A DNA stretch of 64,000 nt from an uncultured Chthonomonadales bacterium (lineage in GTDB: Bacteria > Armatimonadota > Chthonomonadetes > Chthonomonadales > CAJBBX01). The notes beneath the pieces were generated by a model, which saw only the letters and a program-made list of their open reading frames with translations, ran no database searches and was not told the origin of the DNA. Location: positions 33,895 through 97,894 of the forward strand of contig CALLMM010000005.1 in the NCBI GenBank assembly GCA_938005745.1, read 5' to 3'. Shown here piece after piece: positions 19,701 to 27,833 of this stretch. The position numbers were made by a program, and so were the translations under genes. Position 1 is the first letter of the stretch, and each line of letters opens with the position of its first letter.

Positions 19701-20402
19701 GCCGTTGATGACGGGGCGCGCTGTGAAGACGCGGGCGCAGACCTTCGCCTCCGGTGCGCTGGCGATCCGGTTGACGGCGGCATCCACAAAGATCATCTCT
19801 CCCCACAGCGACGGGTTCAGCGCGTCTGCCGGGGTCTTCACGCCGGGAAAGAGGCTGAGGAGCGGGAAGGTGTCAGAGGCGGCGCTGTAGGCGACGACAT
19901 TGAAGCGGACGCGCTGACCGATGGGGGGCTGTCCGCCCAGTTCGATCCAGGGGATCGCCATCTCGACGGTATAACCGTTACCGGCGTTGGGTCTGCCTAT
20001 CTCGCCGCGAGGCTCGACGCCGTATTTGAACGGGATCCGAACGCCGTCCGCCGTGAGGAAGTCCTGAAAGCCCCGCAGGGGCGTCGCCTGCGGACCGCGA
20101 TAGAGCTGCGCGCCGCCCGCCACACTGACCGCCATCACGATCATGCGCGCCGGCTTATCGCCTTCGCCCTCGCGCTGAAGATAGACCGCTACCGAATCGT
20201 CTTTCAGCGGATCACCGAACGGGTTCGCCTGGGTTCCCTGCAGGGTCGGCTTGTCCACCACCGCCGCAATATACAGAAAGTTTTCATCGAAAGCCGTATA
20301 GCAGGTAATGCGACTTTTGCCCTGCGCGTGCAGTGGGACGCTCCACAGAAACACGCCCAGAAGCGCCGCGATAAGAAACAGCGCCTTTGCCGGCGGACGC
20401 AT
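16707..20402 (-). CDS. Very large secreted protein (about 1231 aa) with a CBM9/DOMON-like N-terminal domain and three internal Ig-like repeats
   Basis: Start trimmed to MRPPAKALFLIAALLGVFLWSVPLHAQG (AAGGAG Shine-Dalgarno). Three repeats contain V/L-R-N/L-N-x-G-x-x-x-W ... Y-x-W (VRVLNSGSAIW..IYRW; VRNDGAKAW; LRNRGPQIW..GYHWY). The equally long + strand ORF 17001..20489 is its shadow. Confidence 0.75.
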   Translation of the reverse strand: MRPPAKALFLIAALLGVFLWSVPLHAQGKSRITCYTAFDENFLYIAAVVDKPTLQGTQANPFGDPLKDDSVAVYLQREGEGDKPARMIVMAVSVAGGAQLYRGPQATPLRGFQDFLTADGVRIPFKYGVEPRGEIGRPNAGNGYTVEMAIPWIELGGQPPIGQRVRFNVVAYSAASDTFPLLSLFPGVKTPADALNPSLWGEMIFVDAAVNRIASAPEAKVCARVFTARPVINGIISQGEWNSLTSFAFAETETGGGAVAVAPAAVTPRVAPSVTLKPPRPPIMPPARREVALTPRTPQSVPALIFSLYQLHYQADPRKAMPVSPVRAANGASLLKTHPLEGAGPWFSYDRVDWHRAQLNGMRQAGIHVALATVRAGENERLRTLRGLTVLAGALRSMEASNLDYPLIGLYLETPTLTNAFGGRLDLREPSAQARLYAAIKEFYLAIPQTYRASIPLEAKNGGGVAHVVVLSTASAFSDLDSAFVDYCRKQFLSDFGADLLILGGSDFKGRAKLDGYIGDPRAYGFQMDSEGWIRPAVISVSAPSETRQAAERDGASLASAQSARAENSAPTLLTRAGGEVYKRGWREALSRQAQWIILNSWNDFSTGNEIAPTQEHGITYADLTRALSYSFANTGQLRAAVISHNVPRAVPAKTTCFVSVRVLNSGSAIWTPEAFSLIYRWRRADGSEVGQPRFFPMRTPIIPGRVLALDFPLAVPAEAGAYTLVVDLAQVGRKGDVTAYFSGLGNVPLTASVLVTAGSDPKLPDYGISLIYSDLPKTLESGGTYTARIAVRNDGAKAWIKSEGMRVVARVWRYVSPLNRAGKPESYEPVEMADASAELANDVPPGQAATLSVPITFSRPDGVPLEVTTGAEADGVSYHLRWEISASEDGTQGAVSDPEAFALNEMDAGIQFSADQTPPSLPAKLRIPVTIGLRNRGPQIWKKDGVRIGYHWYFQDGTEALWENETTPLPRDLAPGENVEMTAWVTAPPDDGIYWLVWDLKVGDVWVSTMPSARPFETRVHRIQVVRGRLHFVDLDRHYNVDGIAAETERADGNFDGLGRSLPAELVPPFANDETTASTLWLPMRGTGLDATRRISFRWGPKGTQERNVLQCVGQRIPVAADARRAEVFTTVHVLAAATKDNVRAALTLVFVDGSEQYTSFPVSRWDKPPAYGEETAFTSRFTRTRFGDDAAMPVSVYRYSFRIPEAKKLSAITLPNEPGLNILAITLER

Positions 20403-20586
20403 CCGGTTCTCCTTTCGTCCTTCAGAAACCCCCATCTACCCCTCTCTCCGTTCCTGCAGGCTGCACGTCCGCGATGGTCTCCCCACTGAGACGTTGCTGT
20501 TCAGAGGAGGGTTCGGAGGAACGGTCCAAGACAGCCTGTCTGCCTGTTTGAGACGGCAGAATCTTCAAACTATTATGACACACAAA

Positions 20587-20620
20587 CAGGGCGCTCCGAC
20601 GGACGGGTCAGAGCGCCCTG
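20587..20620 (-). terminator. Candidate terminator hairpin downstream of 20640..21578
   Basis: 10-bp stem CAGGGCGCTC / GAGCGCCCTG with 14-nt loop. Only a weak U-tract on the minus strand. Confidence 0.35.
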
Positions 20621-20639
20621 CAGGCGGACCGGGACGGTC

Positions 20640-21578
20640 TCACCGCCCCAGCAGGCTGGAGCCGCCGGTGTCGGTCTGAATATCGAAGTCTTTGCGTATG
20701 CGGAACCGGTCGCAGACAGCGGCTAACTCCTCATCGGCGGCGACGGCGGCGTCTCCAATCTCTTTAGAAGCCGACCCCATTCCGGAGCCGCGCATCTCGT
20801 TGAGGCTCTCCAGCGCCTTCTGCGGGTCGCCGCCCAGCGCCTGTCCGAACGCGCTGGCGACCGCGTTCATGGAGGTCGTCGTCTTCCCCAGCAGATCGTA
20901 GTACTTGTCGCGCAGGGCGACACAGGTCTGCGGCGCAGGTTTGGAGAGAAACCTCTGGCTGAGCGCGTCCCACTCCTGCGACCACTTCGCCATCATCCGC
21001 TGAAAATTATCGTAGGTCGCTTTGTACTGCTGCTCCGGCTCGTTGGTTGTCCAGTCCGCCATGCCGCCCGGATAGGTCAGGTCGCGGCTCTGCGCGAGCA
21101 GTTCGCTGGTCTGCCGTTTGGCTAGCAGGATCCGCTCCCGCTCGATCTCCTTGAGGAACTTCAGGTAGTCAATCACGTCCACCGGTTCGGAGGGCGAGGG
21201 CGTGGAGAGACCGGGCTTCTCGGTCAGGCTGCCGGGATCGCCCAGACGCGCGTTGCGGTCGGTCAGCGGACCGCCGACGCCCGGACCGCCCTGCGCCTGC
21301 ACCAGCCGGCTGCCGTCGCCGGTCTTCGCGGAGCGTCCCAGCAGCCCGCTCTTCGCCAGTCCAAAACCCAGCGCCCCCAATAGCAGCAGTCCGACGACCG
21401 CTCCTAAGACCAGTTTTTTCCGGGAACCGGTCTGCGGCGGAGCGACGAGGGTCGTTGTCGCCGCCGGCGTTGTCGCCGCCGGCATCGCGCCGGCGCGTCC
21501 CGCCGCTACCGGCGTTCCGCACTGCAGACAGAACTGCGCGTTCCCGGGAAGCTCCGCAGAGCATCGCGCACATCTCAT
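20640..21578 (-). CDS. Zinc-ribbon domain membrane-anchored protein
   Basis: Start trimmed to MRCARCSAELPGNAQFCLQCGTPV (double CxxC), one TM helix (LVLGAVVGLLLLGALGFGL), and an extracytoplasmic C-terminal domain of unknown family. Confidence 0.65.
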   Translation of the reverse strand: MRCARCSAELPGNAQFCLQCGTPVAAGRAGAMPAATTPAATTTLVAPPQTGSRKKLVLGAVVGLLLLGALGFGLAKSGLLGRSAKTGDGSRLVQAQGGPGVGGPLTDRNARLGDPGSLTEKPGLSTPSPSEPVDVIDYLKFLKEIERERILLAKRQTSELLAQSRDLTYPGGMADWTTNEPEQQYKATYDNFQRMMAKWSQEWDALSQRFLSKPAPQTCVALRDKYYDLLGKTTTSMNAVASAFGQALGGDPQKALESLNEMRGSGMGSASKEIGDAAVAADEELAAVCDRFRIRKDFDIQTDTGGSSLLGR

Positions 21579-21966
21579 GGCTCTACCCTCGCTGAAAGCG
21601 GAAAGGCGCGGGTCGCCCCGCGCAGGCACGTCTCTGATAGCATGAACCCCTGCCGCAAAAAACAGGTTACCCGACAGGGAGGAGGACACAGCCTCTTCTG
21701 AGGAGGACACAGCCTCTTCTGAAGATAATACGTGTCAGAAGCGCTTTCGTTTCGGTCAAAATTCGCATGAAAAAGTGAAGGGCGTCGGGGATTGGGGGTC
21801 GGCGCTGCCCGCACGTTTTTTTTTGCGGCGTCCTGTGAAAATGAGTCCGGATGCCGCTGTTCTGATGTGCAACTACAGCGATGGAATGGACCCATCGCTG
21901 TAGTTGCTGCAGATCACATGCAGCCCCGAAAAGCGATTCGCGGGCTGCCCGGAGGTATGCAGATCG

Positions 21967-23019
21967 CTAATCCAGCGCGAAGAACTCCACCTGACGTCCT
22001 TTGCCATCGGCGGTCTCCATCAAGACAAAGACGCCGGTCTGTTTGGAGCCTTTGGGGTCGGTTCCCAGGGCGACATCCACCACCTTGCCCGCCAGTTTGG
22101 GGCTGCGCCAGATCGGTTTGACATCTCCCCCGCCGCCCAGAGCCAGCGCGGAGATGTCGGCGACGATGATCGCCGGACCGTCGTTATCCTGCCAGGTCAG
22201 CAGGGCATAGAGGTTTTTGTCGGCGCGCGGGTCGAAGCCGGCGGCAAAGCCTGCCTTCTGCGCCTGCTCCGGCAAGCCCAGCGCGCTCATGAACTCCGGC
22301 GCCAGATGGACGGAGAGGTAGGAGTAGAGGCCCGCTCCCTGATCGGGCGGAACCAGCTCGCGCCCGAAAGTGATCGGTTTCTCTGCAGAGAGGTCCACGC
22401 TCCAGACGTCCGGGACGCCGCCCGCGAAGAAGAAGAAGCACTCCTCGCCGTCGGCGAAGCGTACCTGTCCGGTGATGTCGGAGACGTCGGGTGCCTCCTT
22501 TTTCGCATACCTGTCGCCGTCGCGATAGTGTATAGCGCCCGGCACAACGATCACCGCCGGCTTGCCTTTGGCGAAGTGTCCGACGGCGATCTGCTTGCTC
22601 TTATCCCCCAGAGCGATGGTCGCCTCCACCTCAACGCCGTTTTCGCCGACCCTATGAACCGCCAGATTATGGTCGCTGCTGAGCGTCAGCAGGCGCGGGG
22701 TCTTATCGCCCGTCACGTCCGCCACAAAGATGCGGGTCGTGTTCTCCTTGACGGGCAGCGTCCAGGCGGATTTGAAGGCGGGTGGCCCGGTCTTTTTGGG
22801 TTTTGCGCCCATCACCTTCTCTTCGTCATAGCCTTCAAACGAGTAGTTGTGCATCTGGTAGTAGATGCCGCGCGGATTGCGCGGTCCGCCTCCTGCCGGG
22901 TTAATGTGGCAGTAGGCGCAGTTTTTATTCTCCTTCTGGGCATATTCCGGTTTGGCTTGCGCGGCTCCCGCCAGCAGCGCTGCCCCGGCGGTTACGGCAA
23001 GACAGAGAGATAGACGCAT
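21967..23019 (-). CDS. Secreted protein with a single CxxCH motif and FG-GAP-like segments
   Basis: Start trimmed to MRLSLCLAVTAGAALLAGAAQA (AAGGAG Shine-Dalgarno). NCAYCH heme-c-type motif right after the signal peptide. ADVTGD / beta-propeller-like body. Confidence 0.65.
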   Translation of the reverse strand: MRLSLCLAVTAGAALLAGAAQAKPEYAQKENKNCAYCHINPAGGGPRNPRGIYYQMHNYSFEGYDEEKVMGAKPKKTGPPAFKSAWTLPVKENTTRIFVADVTGDKTPRLLTLSSDHNLAVHRVGENGVEVEATIALGDKSKQIAVGHFAKGKPAVIVVPGAIHYRDGDRYAKKEAPDVSDITGQVRFADGEECFFFFAGGVPDVWSVDLSAEKPITFGRELVPPDQGAGLYSYLSVHLAPEFMSALGLPEQAQKAGFAAGFDPRADKNLYALLTWQDNDGPAIIVADISALALGGGGDVKPIWRSPKLAGKVVDVALGTDPKGSKQTGVFVLMETADGKGRQVEFFALD

Positions 23020-23123
23020 ACGTTTCTCCTTTAACAGTGTGTGAGTGTCGAATGCTGTTTCCGATAGTGAGTTCGCAAGCAGGCAGTTCTTTTCCTGCCG
23101 GGATTCCGCCCCGGGAGAGGAAT

Positions 23124-24356
23124 TCATCGTTGAAAGGTGTCTCCCAGAATCCATCCCATGACATAGGCGGGAAAGATGATATTTCCGCCGAAGAGCAGCA
23201 GGTTGACCGCGCTGTCGGGGCGCGCCAGCATGAACAGCGCGATCAGGCAGAAACTGGCGCCGAAGGCGCGCAGGACGGAGCGGGAGGTCGTCTCCTGCAG
23301 GTAGCCGATCAGCAGGTAGAGCGAGAGCGAGGCGTAGAACCAGACGAGCGAAAAAAAGACCAGCGCCGTGCCCAGTGAGATGGTAAAACGTCTGGCGCGA
23401 CCGGCAGCCCTGAGCGAAAGCTCCTCCTGCGCGCTGTGCAAGAAGCCGTTCAGAGACATCAGCAGACCGCCCATGAATCCGGAGATGCCGAGCGCAAAGA
23501 GGGTCATGCCGTTCCAGTGGAGAGGCAGAAGCTCCTTTGCCGCCGTTTCGCTGTTGGTCATCACCAGCAGTGCGAGGAACAGGATCAGCGCGATCCCGAC
23601 GCCGGTAACTGCCATACGCAGCCGCGGAGAGAGGGAGACGGAGGAGGCGCCGCGCGCCCGGGCGTTGCGCGCGGCGTTGCCTGCCATGGTGGGACCGGTT
23701 CTCGCGCCCACGAGCCGGTCAAACTTCTCATGCAGCGCGGAGTTGCGCGGGTCCAGCTGCAGCGCATAGCTGTACATGGCGATCGCTTCGTCCAGATGAC
23801 CGCGCATCCGGTGAATGTCTCCCAGCATCTCCATCGCGACGGGATGGGGGCGTCGGCGGTTGACCTGCCGGCAGAGACGCTCCGCCTCCCGGTAGTTCAT
23901 GCTGCGAAAAGCCGCCTGCGCCTGCGCGATCAGCGTATCCGCCGACCCTCCAGGAGCATGAGCGCGGCTCGTTCCGCCGCTGCCCGCGCTGCGCGCGGAC
24001 CTCTGCGCGCCGCCAGATGTCTGCCCGCCGGAGGATGCGGGGCGCGCGCCTGCGCCGGATGCGCCGGAGGAGGCTGTCGCCGGACGCGATGGCGAGGGCG
24101 GAGGGGGCGGGGTAGACGGAGAGGGGCGCTGCCGGCTCTGCGTGAAGGCGCGCTCCGTGTCGTAGGCGGCGCGCTTTTGCGGATCGGAGAGCACCTGATT
24201 GGCTTCGTTAATCCGTTTGAACGTTTCGGCGGCGTCGGCGGAGCGGGAGATGTCGGGATGGTAGCGGCGCGCGAGATCGCGATAGCGTCGCTTGATCTGT
24301 TCCTGCGTGGCATCCTGCGGCACGCCGAGGATCTCGTAGTAGTCGGGCGTTTTCAT
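23124..24356 (-). CDS. J-domain (DnaJ-like) protein with TPR segment and C-terminal transmembrane region
   Basis: DYYEILGV...RRYHPD J-domain, a P/S/G-rich linker, a TPR-like segment (YREAERL...AIAMYSYALQLDP), then 4-5 hydrophobic helices. Confidence 0.8.
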   Translation of the reverse strand: MKTPDYYEILGVPQDATQEQIKRRYRDLARRYHPDISRSADAAETFKRINEANQVLSDPQKRAAYDTERAFTQSRQRPSPSTPPPPPSPSRPATASSGASGAGARPASSGGQTSGGAQRSARSAGSGGTSRAHAPGGSADTLIAQAQAAFRSMNYREAERLCRQVNRRRPHPVAMEMLGDIHRMRGHLDEAIAMYSYALQLDPRNSALHEKFDRLVGARTGPTMAGNAARNARARGASSVSLSPRLRMAVTGVGIALILFLALLVMTNSETAAKELLPLHWNGMTLFALGISGFMGGLLMSLNGFLHSAQEELSLRAAGRARRFTISLGTALVFFSLVWFYASLSLYLLIGYLQETTSRSVLRAFGASFCLIALFMLARPDSAVNLLLFGGNIIFPAYVMGWILGDTFQR

Positions 24357-24417
24357 CTCTCAGGTACGCGCCGGTCGTAATCGGCGCACGCGGAGCAGTT
24401 CGGAGAGCCGGAGGCTG

Positions 24418-25710
24418 CTACTCTCCTCCGTCGTAGATGCCGTTGAGCGCGCCTCCGCCGATCGAGCCGTATCCGCCCGACAGCGCGAACTTGATGACCG
24501 CGTAGCCGACCATCAGGGCGACCATCAGGTAGATGGCGGTCGCAAAGACATGCGCGTAGAGGTATGCCTTGCTTTCGGCTTCCCCCTCCAGGTACTCCGC
24601 GACCTTGTTCATCATGGCGTCCAGATTGCCCGTCTGTTCGCCGGTGTGGAGCATATCAATGACGATCTTCGGAAAGACGCCGGTCTCCTGAAACGCCTGC
24701 GAGAGCAGCGCGCCGCGCTCCGTCGCCAGCATCGCCCGTCCGGTTGCGCGGGCGATCATCCGGCTTCCGCTGGCGTTGCCGCCCACGCGAATCGCCAGAT
24801 TGATCGGCAGTCCGGCGGCGTACATCGCGCCGAACGCGCGCCCGAACTTCGCCAGCGCAAACCCGCGTATGACCGCGCCAAGCCAGGGAAGCGACATCTT
24901 CAGACGCTCATACGACTCCCGCGCCGTGTCGGACTGAAACAGGGTGATCCGGCAGAAGGCGACGACCGCAAACCCGATCAACAGGGCTATCGCCAGAAAG
25001 CCGGCGGTATCTATCAGATACTGCCCTCCGGAGTAGCTGCCCTGTCCCATCCAGGCGATGATCAGGCGGGAGATGGCGGGCGTGCCGTCCAGAAAGAACC
25101 GCGGTCCCAGAATGAACAGGGCGGAGAGGACGACGATCTTCGGATAGAGCGTCAGACGGCTGATCAACCGTCGCAGGGAAAGCTCCTGCTCCAGATAGTC
25201 GGCGATGCGGTGAAGCATGTCCTCCAGCATTCCACCGTACTCCGCCGCCCGCAGCATCTCCATCTGCAGCTCGCTAAAGACCCAGGGATAGGCGGCGAAC
25301 ACATCCGACAGCTTTCCTCCCGCCTGCACCTGCCTCTGGCTTGCCCGGATGATCTCCTTGAGCCGGCTGTTTTTCGTCTGCGATTCCAGCGTGACCAGCG
25401 CCTGATAGAGCGGGAAGCCGGCATGGATCAGCGTGGCGAACTGGCGGTAGAAGAGGGCAAGCTCCTTCAGAGAGACGCCGGAGACGACCGGAAACAGCAG
25501 ATTCTCTTGAAACCGGCGCGCCAGCCTGACCTGCTGCACGGGAGCGGCGCCGGCGCGCTCGCGCGCCGCCTGCTCAACGGAGCGAACCTTCTCGACCTCA
25601 TACCCCATCTGGCGCACCTTCCCCAGCGCCAGCGCCGAGTTGTCCGCGACGATGGTTCCTTCCACGATTCTGCCCTGCCTGTCCCGGGCGATATAGGTGT
25701 ACTCAGGCAT
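24418..25710 (-). CDS. Type II secretion / type IV pilus platform protein (GspF/PilC family)
   Basis: 430 aa. Duplicated T2SSF domain pattern (FFRQFATLIHAGFPLYQAL; FGRAFGAMYAAGLPI...) with three TM segments. Confidence 0.85.
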   Translation of the reverse strand: MPEYTYIARDRQGRIVEGTIVADNSALALGKVRQMGYEVEKVRSVEQAARERAGAAPVQQVRLARRFQENLLFPVVSGVSLKELALFYRQFATLIHAGFPLYQALVTLESQTKNSRLKEIIRASQRQVQAGGKLSDVFAAYPWVFSELQMEMLRAAEYGGMLEDMLHRIADYLEQELSLRRLISRLTLYPKIVVLSALFILGPRFFLDGTPAISRLIIAWMGQGSYSGGQYLIDTAGFLAIALLIGFAVVAFCRITLFQSDTARESYERLKMSLPWLGAVIRGFALAKFGRAFGAMYAAGLPINLAIRVGGNASGSRMIARATGRAMLATERGALLSQAFQETGVFPKIVIDMLHTGEQTGNLDAMMNKVAEYLEGEAESKAYLYAHVFATAIYLMVALMVGYAVIKFALSGGYGSIGGGALNGIYDGGE

Positions 25711-25730
25711 CGTTCCGGTTCCTTTGCGCG

Positions 25731-26951
25731 CTAATTCATGCTGAATTCACGGTCCACAAACTCAAAGATGCCCGTGAAGTAGCTCTTCACCAGAATGATG
25801 AACAGGATTCCGGTAGTCAGAATAAAGAGGCTGATCCCGATCCGGTACATCCAGAACCGGGCGTGATGGAAGGCGCGTTCCACACTGTCCTGGTAGTATT
25901 CGGCGACTCGATCCAGCATCTGCGTCATCTGCCCGCTGACGAAGCCGGTTGCCAGCAGCGCCTCCGTCTCATCGGCGAAGAGTCCCGTCCGGGCGAAGGC
26001 GTCGTGCATCGGCACATTGCCGGTCTCGATCTGCTTGAGGGCTTCGGTCAGCTTCTCCCGGATCACCGTGTTGGGAACGACGTTCATCGCCCCTTCCCAG
26101 GCGATCATCGGACCGATCCCCGCCGCATAGAGGCGGCGCAACATCCGCACGAAAGCCGCCAGTGACCGTTGACGCGCCAGACGGCCGAAGACGGGCATCT
26201 TCAAGAGGAGCGCGTCGCGACGTTCATGATACTGCGGCTGCCGCATCCGCCGCAGCAAGAGGTGCGCCAGCAGAAAGATCAGTCCCAGGATCGGCAGGTT
26301 CCGCAGGAAGACCAGCTTCAGAAACTCCAGAAACTGCGCGTTGGGGAAGAGAGTCGGGAAGGCGGGCTGACCGACGGCGATGGCGATCAGCGCCTGCGCG
26401 ACCAGCGCCTTCGGCAGCCACATCCCCTTATAGAAGGCGATCTCCTGCTCATACTCCAGCGCGATCTCGTCCAGCGCGATCTCCAGGAAGCCGCCCAGCT
26501 CTCCGGCGCGCACCGTCCCGACGACGTGGGGCGCGTAGAGGCGCGGGTAGCGCTCCATCACGTCCGAAATGCGTCCGCCGGAGCGCGCCGCCTCCCGCAT
26601 CTCCGTCACCGTATGCGCGAGGGAGGGATGCCGGGTTCGGGGCTGCAGATGATCCAGCGCCTGATAGAGCGAGATGCCGGAGCGAACCAGTGCGGCGAAC
26701 TGCCGGAAGAAGAGGGCGTTTTCGCGGGGCGTCGCGCCCTTCAGATTCGCGATGAGGGGCTGCGTGACGGCTGCGGTCTTTGCCGAGGCGCGGCGTTTTC
26801 CCGCGCGGTTTCGGGGAGAGGGCTTGACCCACTGCGCCTGATAGCCCATCTGCGACAGGCGAGCGGTTACCATCGCCTCATCGGGAGCGTCCATCGCTCC
26901 GTTGACTACCTTCCCGGAGCGATCCACCGCCTCATAGAGATAGAGTGACAT
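25731..26951 (-). CDS. Type II secretion / type IV pilus platform protein (GspF/PilC family), second paralog
   Basis: 406 aa, FFRQFAALVRSGISLYQAL etc. Its start overlaps the folK stop (TGATG). Confidence 0.85.
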   Translation of the reverse strand: MSLYLYEAVDRSGKVVNGAMDAPDEAMVTARLSQMGYQAQWVKPSPRNRAGKRRASAKTAAVTQPLIANLKGATPRENALFFRQFAALVRSGISLYQALDHLQPRTRHPSLAHTVTEMREAARSGGRISDVMERYPRLYAPHVVGTVRAGELGGFLEIALDEIALEYEQEIAFYKGMWLPKALVAQALIAIAVGQPAFPTLFPNAQFLEFLKLVFLRNLPILGLIFLLAHLLLRRMRQPQYHERRDALLLKMPVFGRLARQRSLAAFVRMLRRLYAAGIGPMIAWEGAMNVVPNTVIREKLTEALKQIETGNVPMHDAFARTGLFADETEALLATGFVSGQMTQMLDRVAEYYQDSVERAFHHARFWMYRIGISLFILTTGILFIILVKSYFTGIFEFVDREFSMN

Positions 26952-27445
26952 CAGAGTTCCACCCGTCGAACCGTCTGCTCCAGCACCTGCGGGTTTTGGA
27001 GCCGCTCCGCCAGCGAAACGCCGTCGGCGAGCACCAGATCGGGGGCGATCTCCGCCAGCGGGATCAACGCGAAGGCGCGCTCCATCAGGCGGGGATGCGG
27101 GAGCGTCAGCCGCTCCGTCTGCAGGGTGATGCCGTCGTAGAGAAGGATATCCACGTCAATGACTCGCGGACCCCAGCGAAAGGTCGGCTCTCTGCCGATC
27201 TCCTTCTCCACCTTCTGTATGTAATCTAATAGCGCAAGCGGGGGCAGTAAAGTTTCCACGCTCACCGCGCAGTTGATATAGTCGGGAACCGGCTCCGGGG
27301 TCTCGCCGACCGGCAGGGTCTCATAGAAGCTGGAGACTCCTGTCAGACGTATCTGCGGCGGTCTGTGCAGCCGTTCGATAGCGGCGCGCAGGTTGGCGGG
27401 GCGATCCCCCAGATTGGAACCCAGGCTGAGATAGACCGTATGCAT
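26951..27445 (-). CDS. folK: 2-amino-4-hydroxy-6-hydroxymethyldihydropteridine diphosphokinase
   Basis: 164 aa. VYLSLGSNLGDR...SSFYETLPVG...RWGPRVIDVDILLY are classic HPPK motifs. Confidence 0.92.
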   Translation of the reverse strand: MHTVYLSLGSNLGDRPANLRAAIERLHRPPQIRLTGVSSFYETLPVGETPEPVPDYINCAVSVETLLPPLALLDYIQKVEKEIGREPTFRWGPRVIDVDILLYDGITLQTERLTLPHPRLMERAFALIPLAEIAPDLVLADGVSLAERLQNPQVLEQTVRRVEL

Positions 27446-27569
27446 CGCTGTTACAGGGCGAAAGTTGATCGAATGCCGGTATTATACTCGGTTAATCGGG
27501 GACTGTCCATCAGAACGCGCGCCGCCGTTTCTGTTTACGGTCTGCCTTCGGAAAGCCGCGGGGAAGAGG

Positions 27570-27598
27570 TTGACAAACCGGCAGGGCGTTGATAGAAT
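27570..27598 (+). promoter_or_regulatory. Near-consensus sigma-70 promoter upstream of rsgA
   Basis: TTGACA (27570-27575), 17-nt spacer, TAGAAT (27593-27598). Confidence 0.55.
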
Positions 27599-27833
27599 AG
27601 TTGCGTTATTCTTCCGTCAACCTCACGGTCAGGGAGGTGATCTGCTATGCGAAAAATGTCTTTTGACAACTCAACGCATGATCTTCTGCGCGCGGATCGC
27701 CTGCCTCTCTCCAGGAACCGTCTCCCGTAGCGGCAATGACTGCAACCCGTCTCTGCACGTATCGGCGTCCTCTCTCTTCCACCGGCGTCATGATCCCCGC
27801 GCGCACCGTTTTATCGAGGAGCAACGCAGCTAC

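Noticed and set aside
17001-20489. 1162-aa ORF on the + strand
   Set aside because: Antisense shadow of the 16707..20402 gene. Arg/Gly/Ala/Pro-rich junk composition and no signal or motif, whereas the minus-strand frame has a signal peptide, a Shine-Dalgarno and domain-like repeats.
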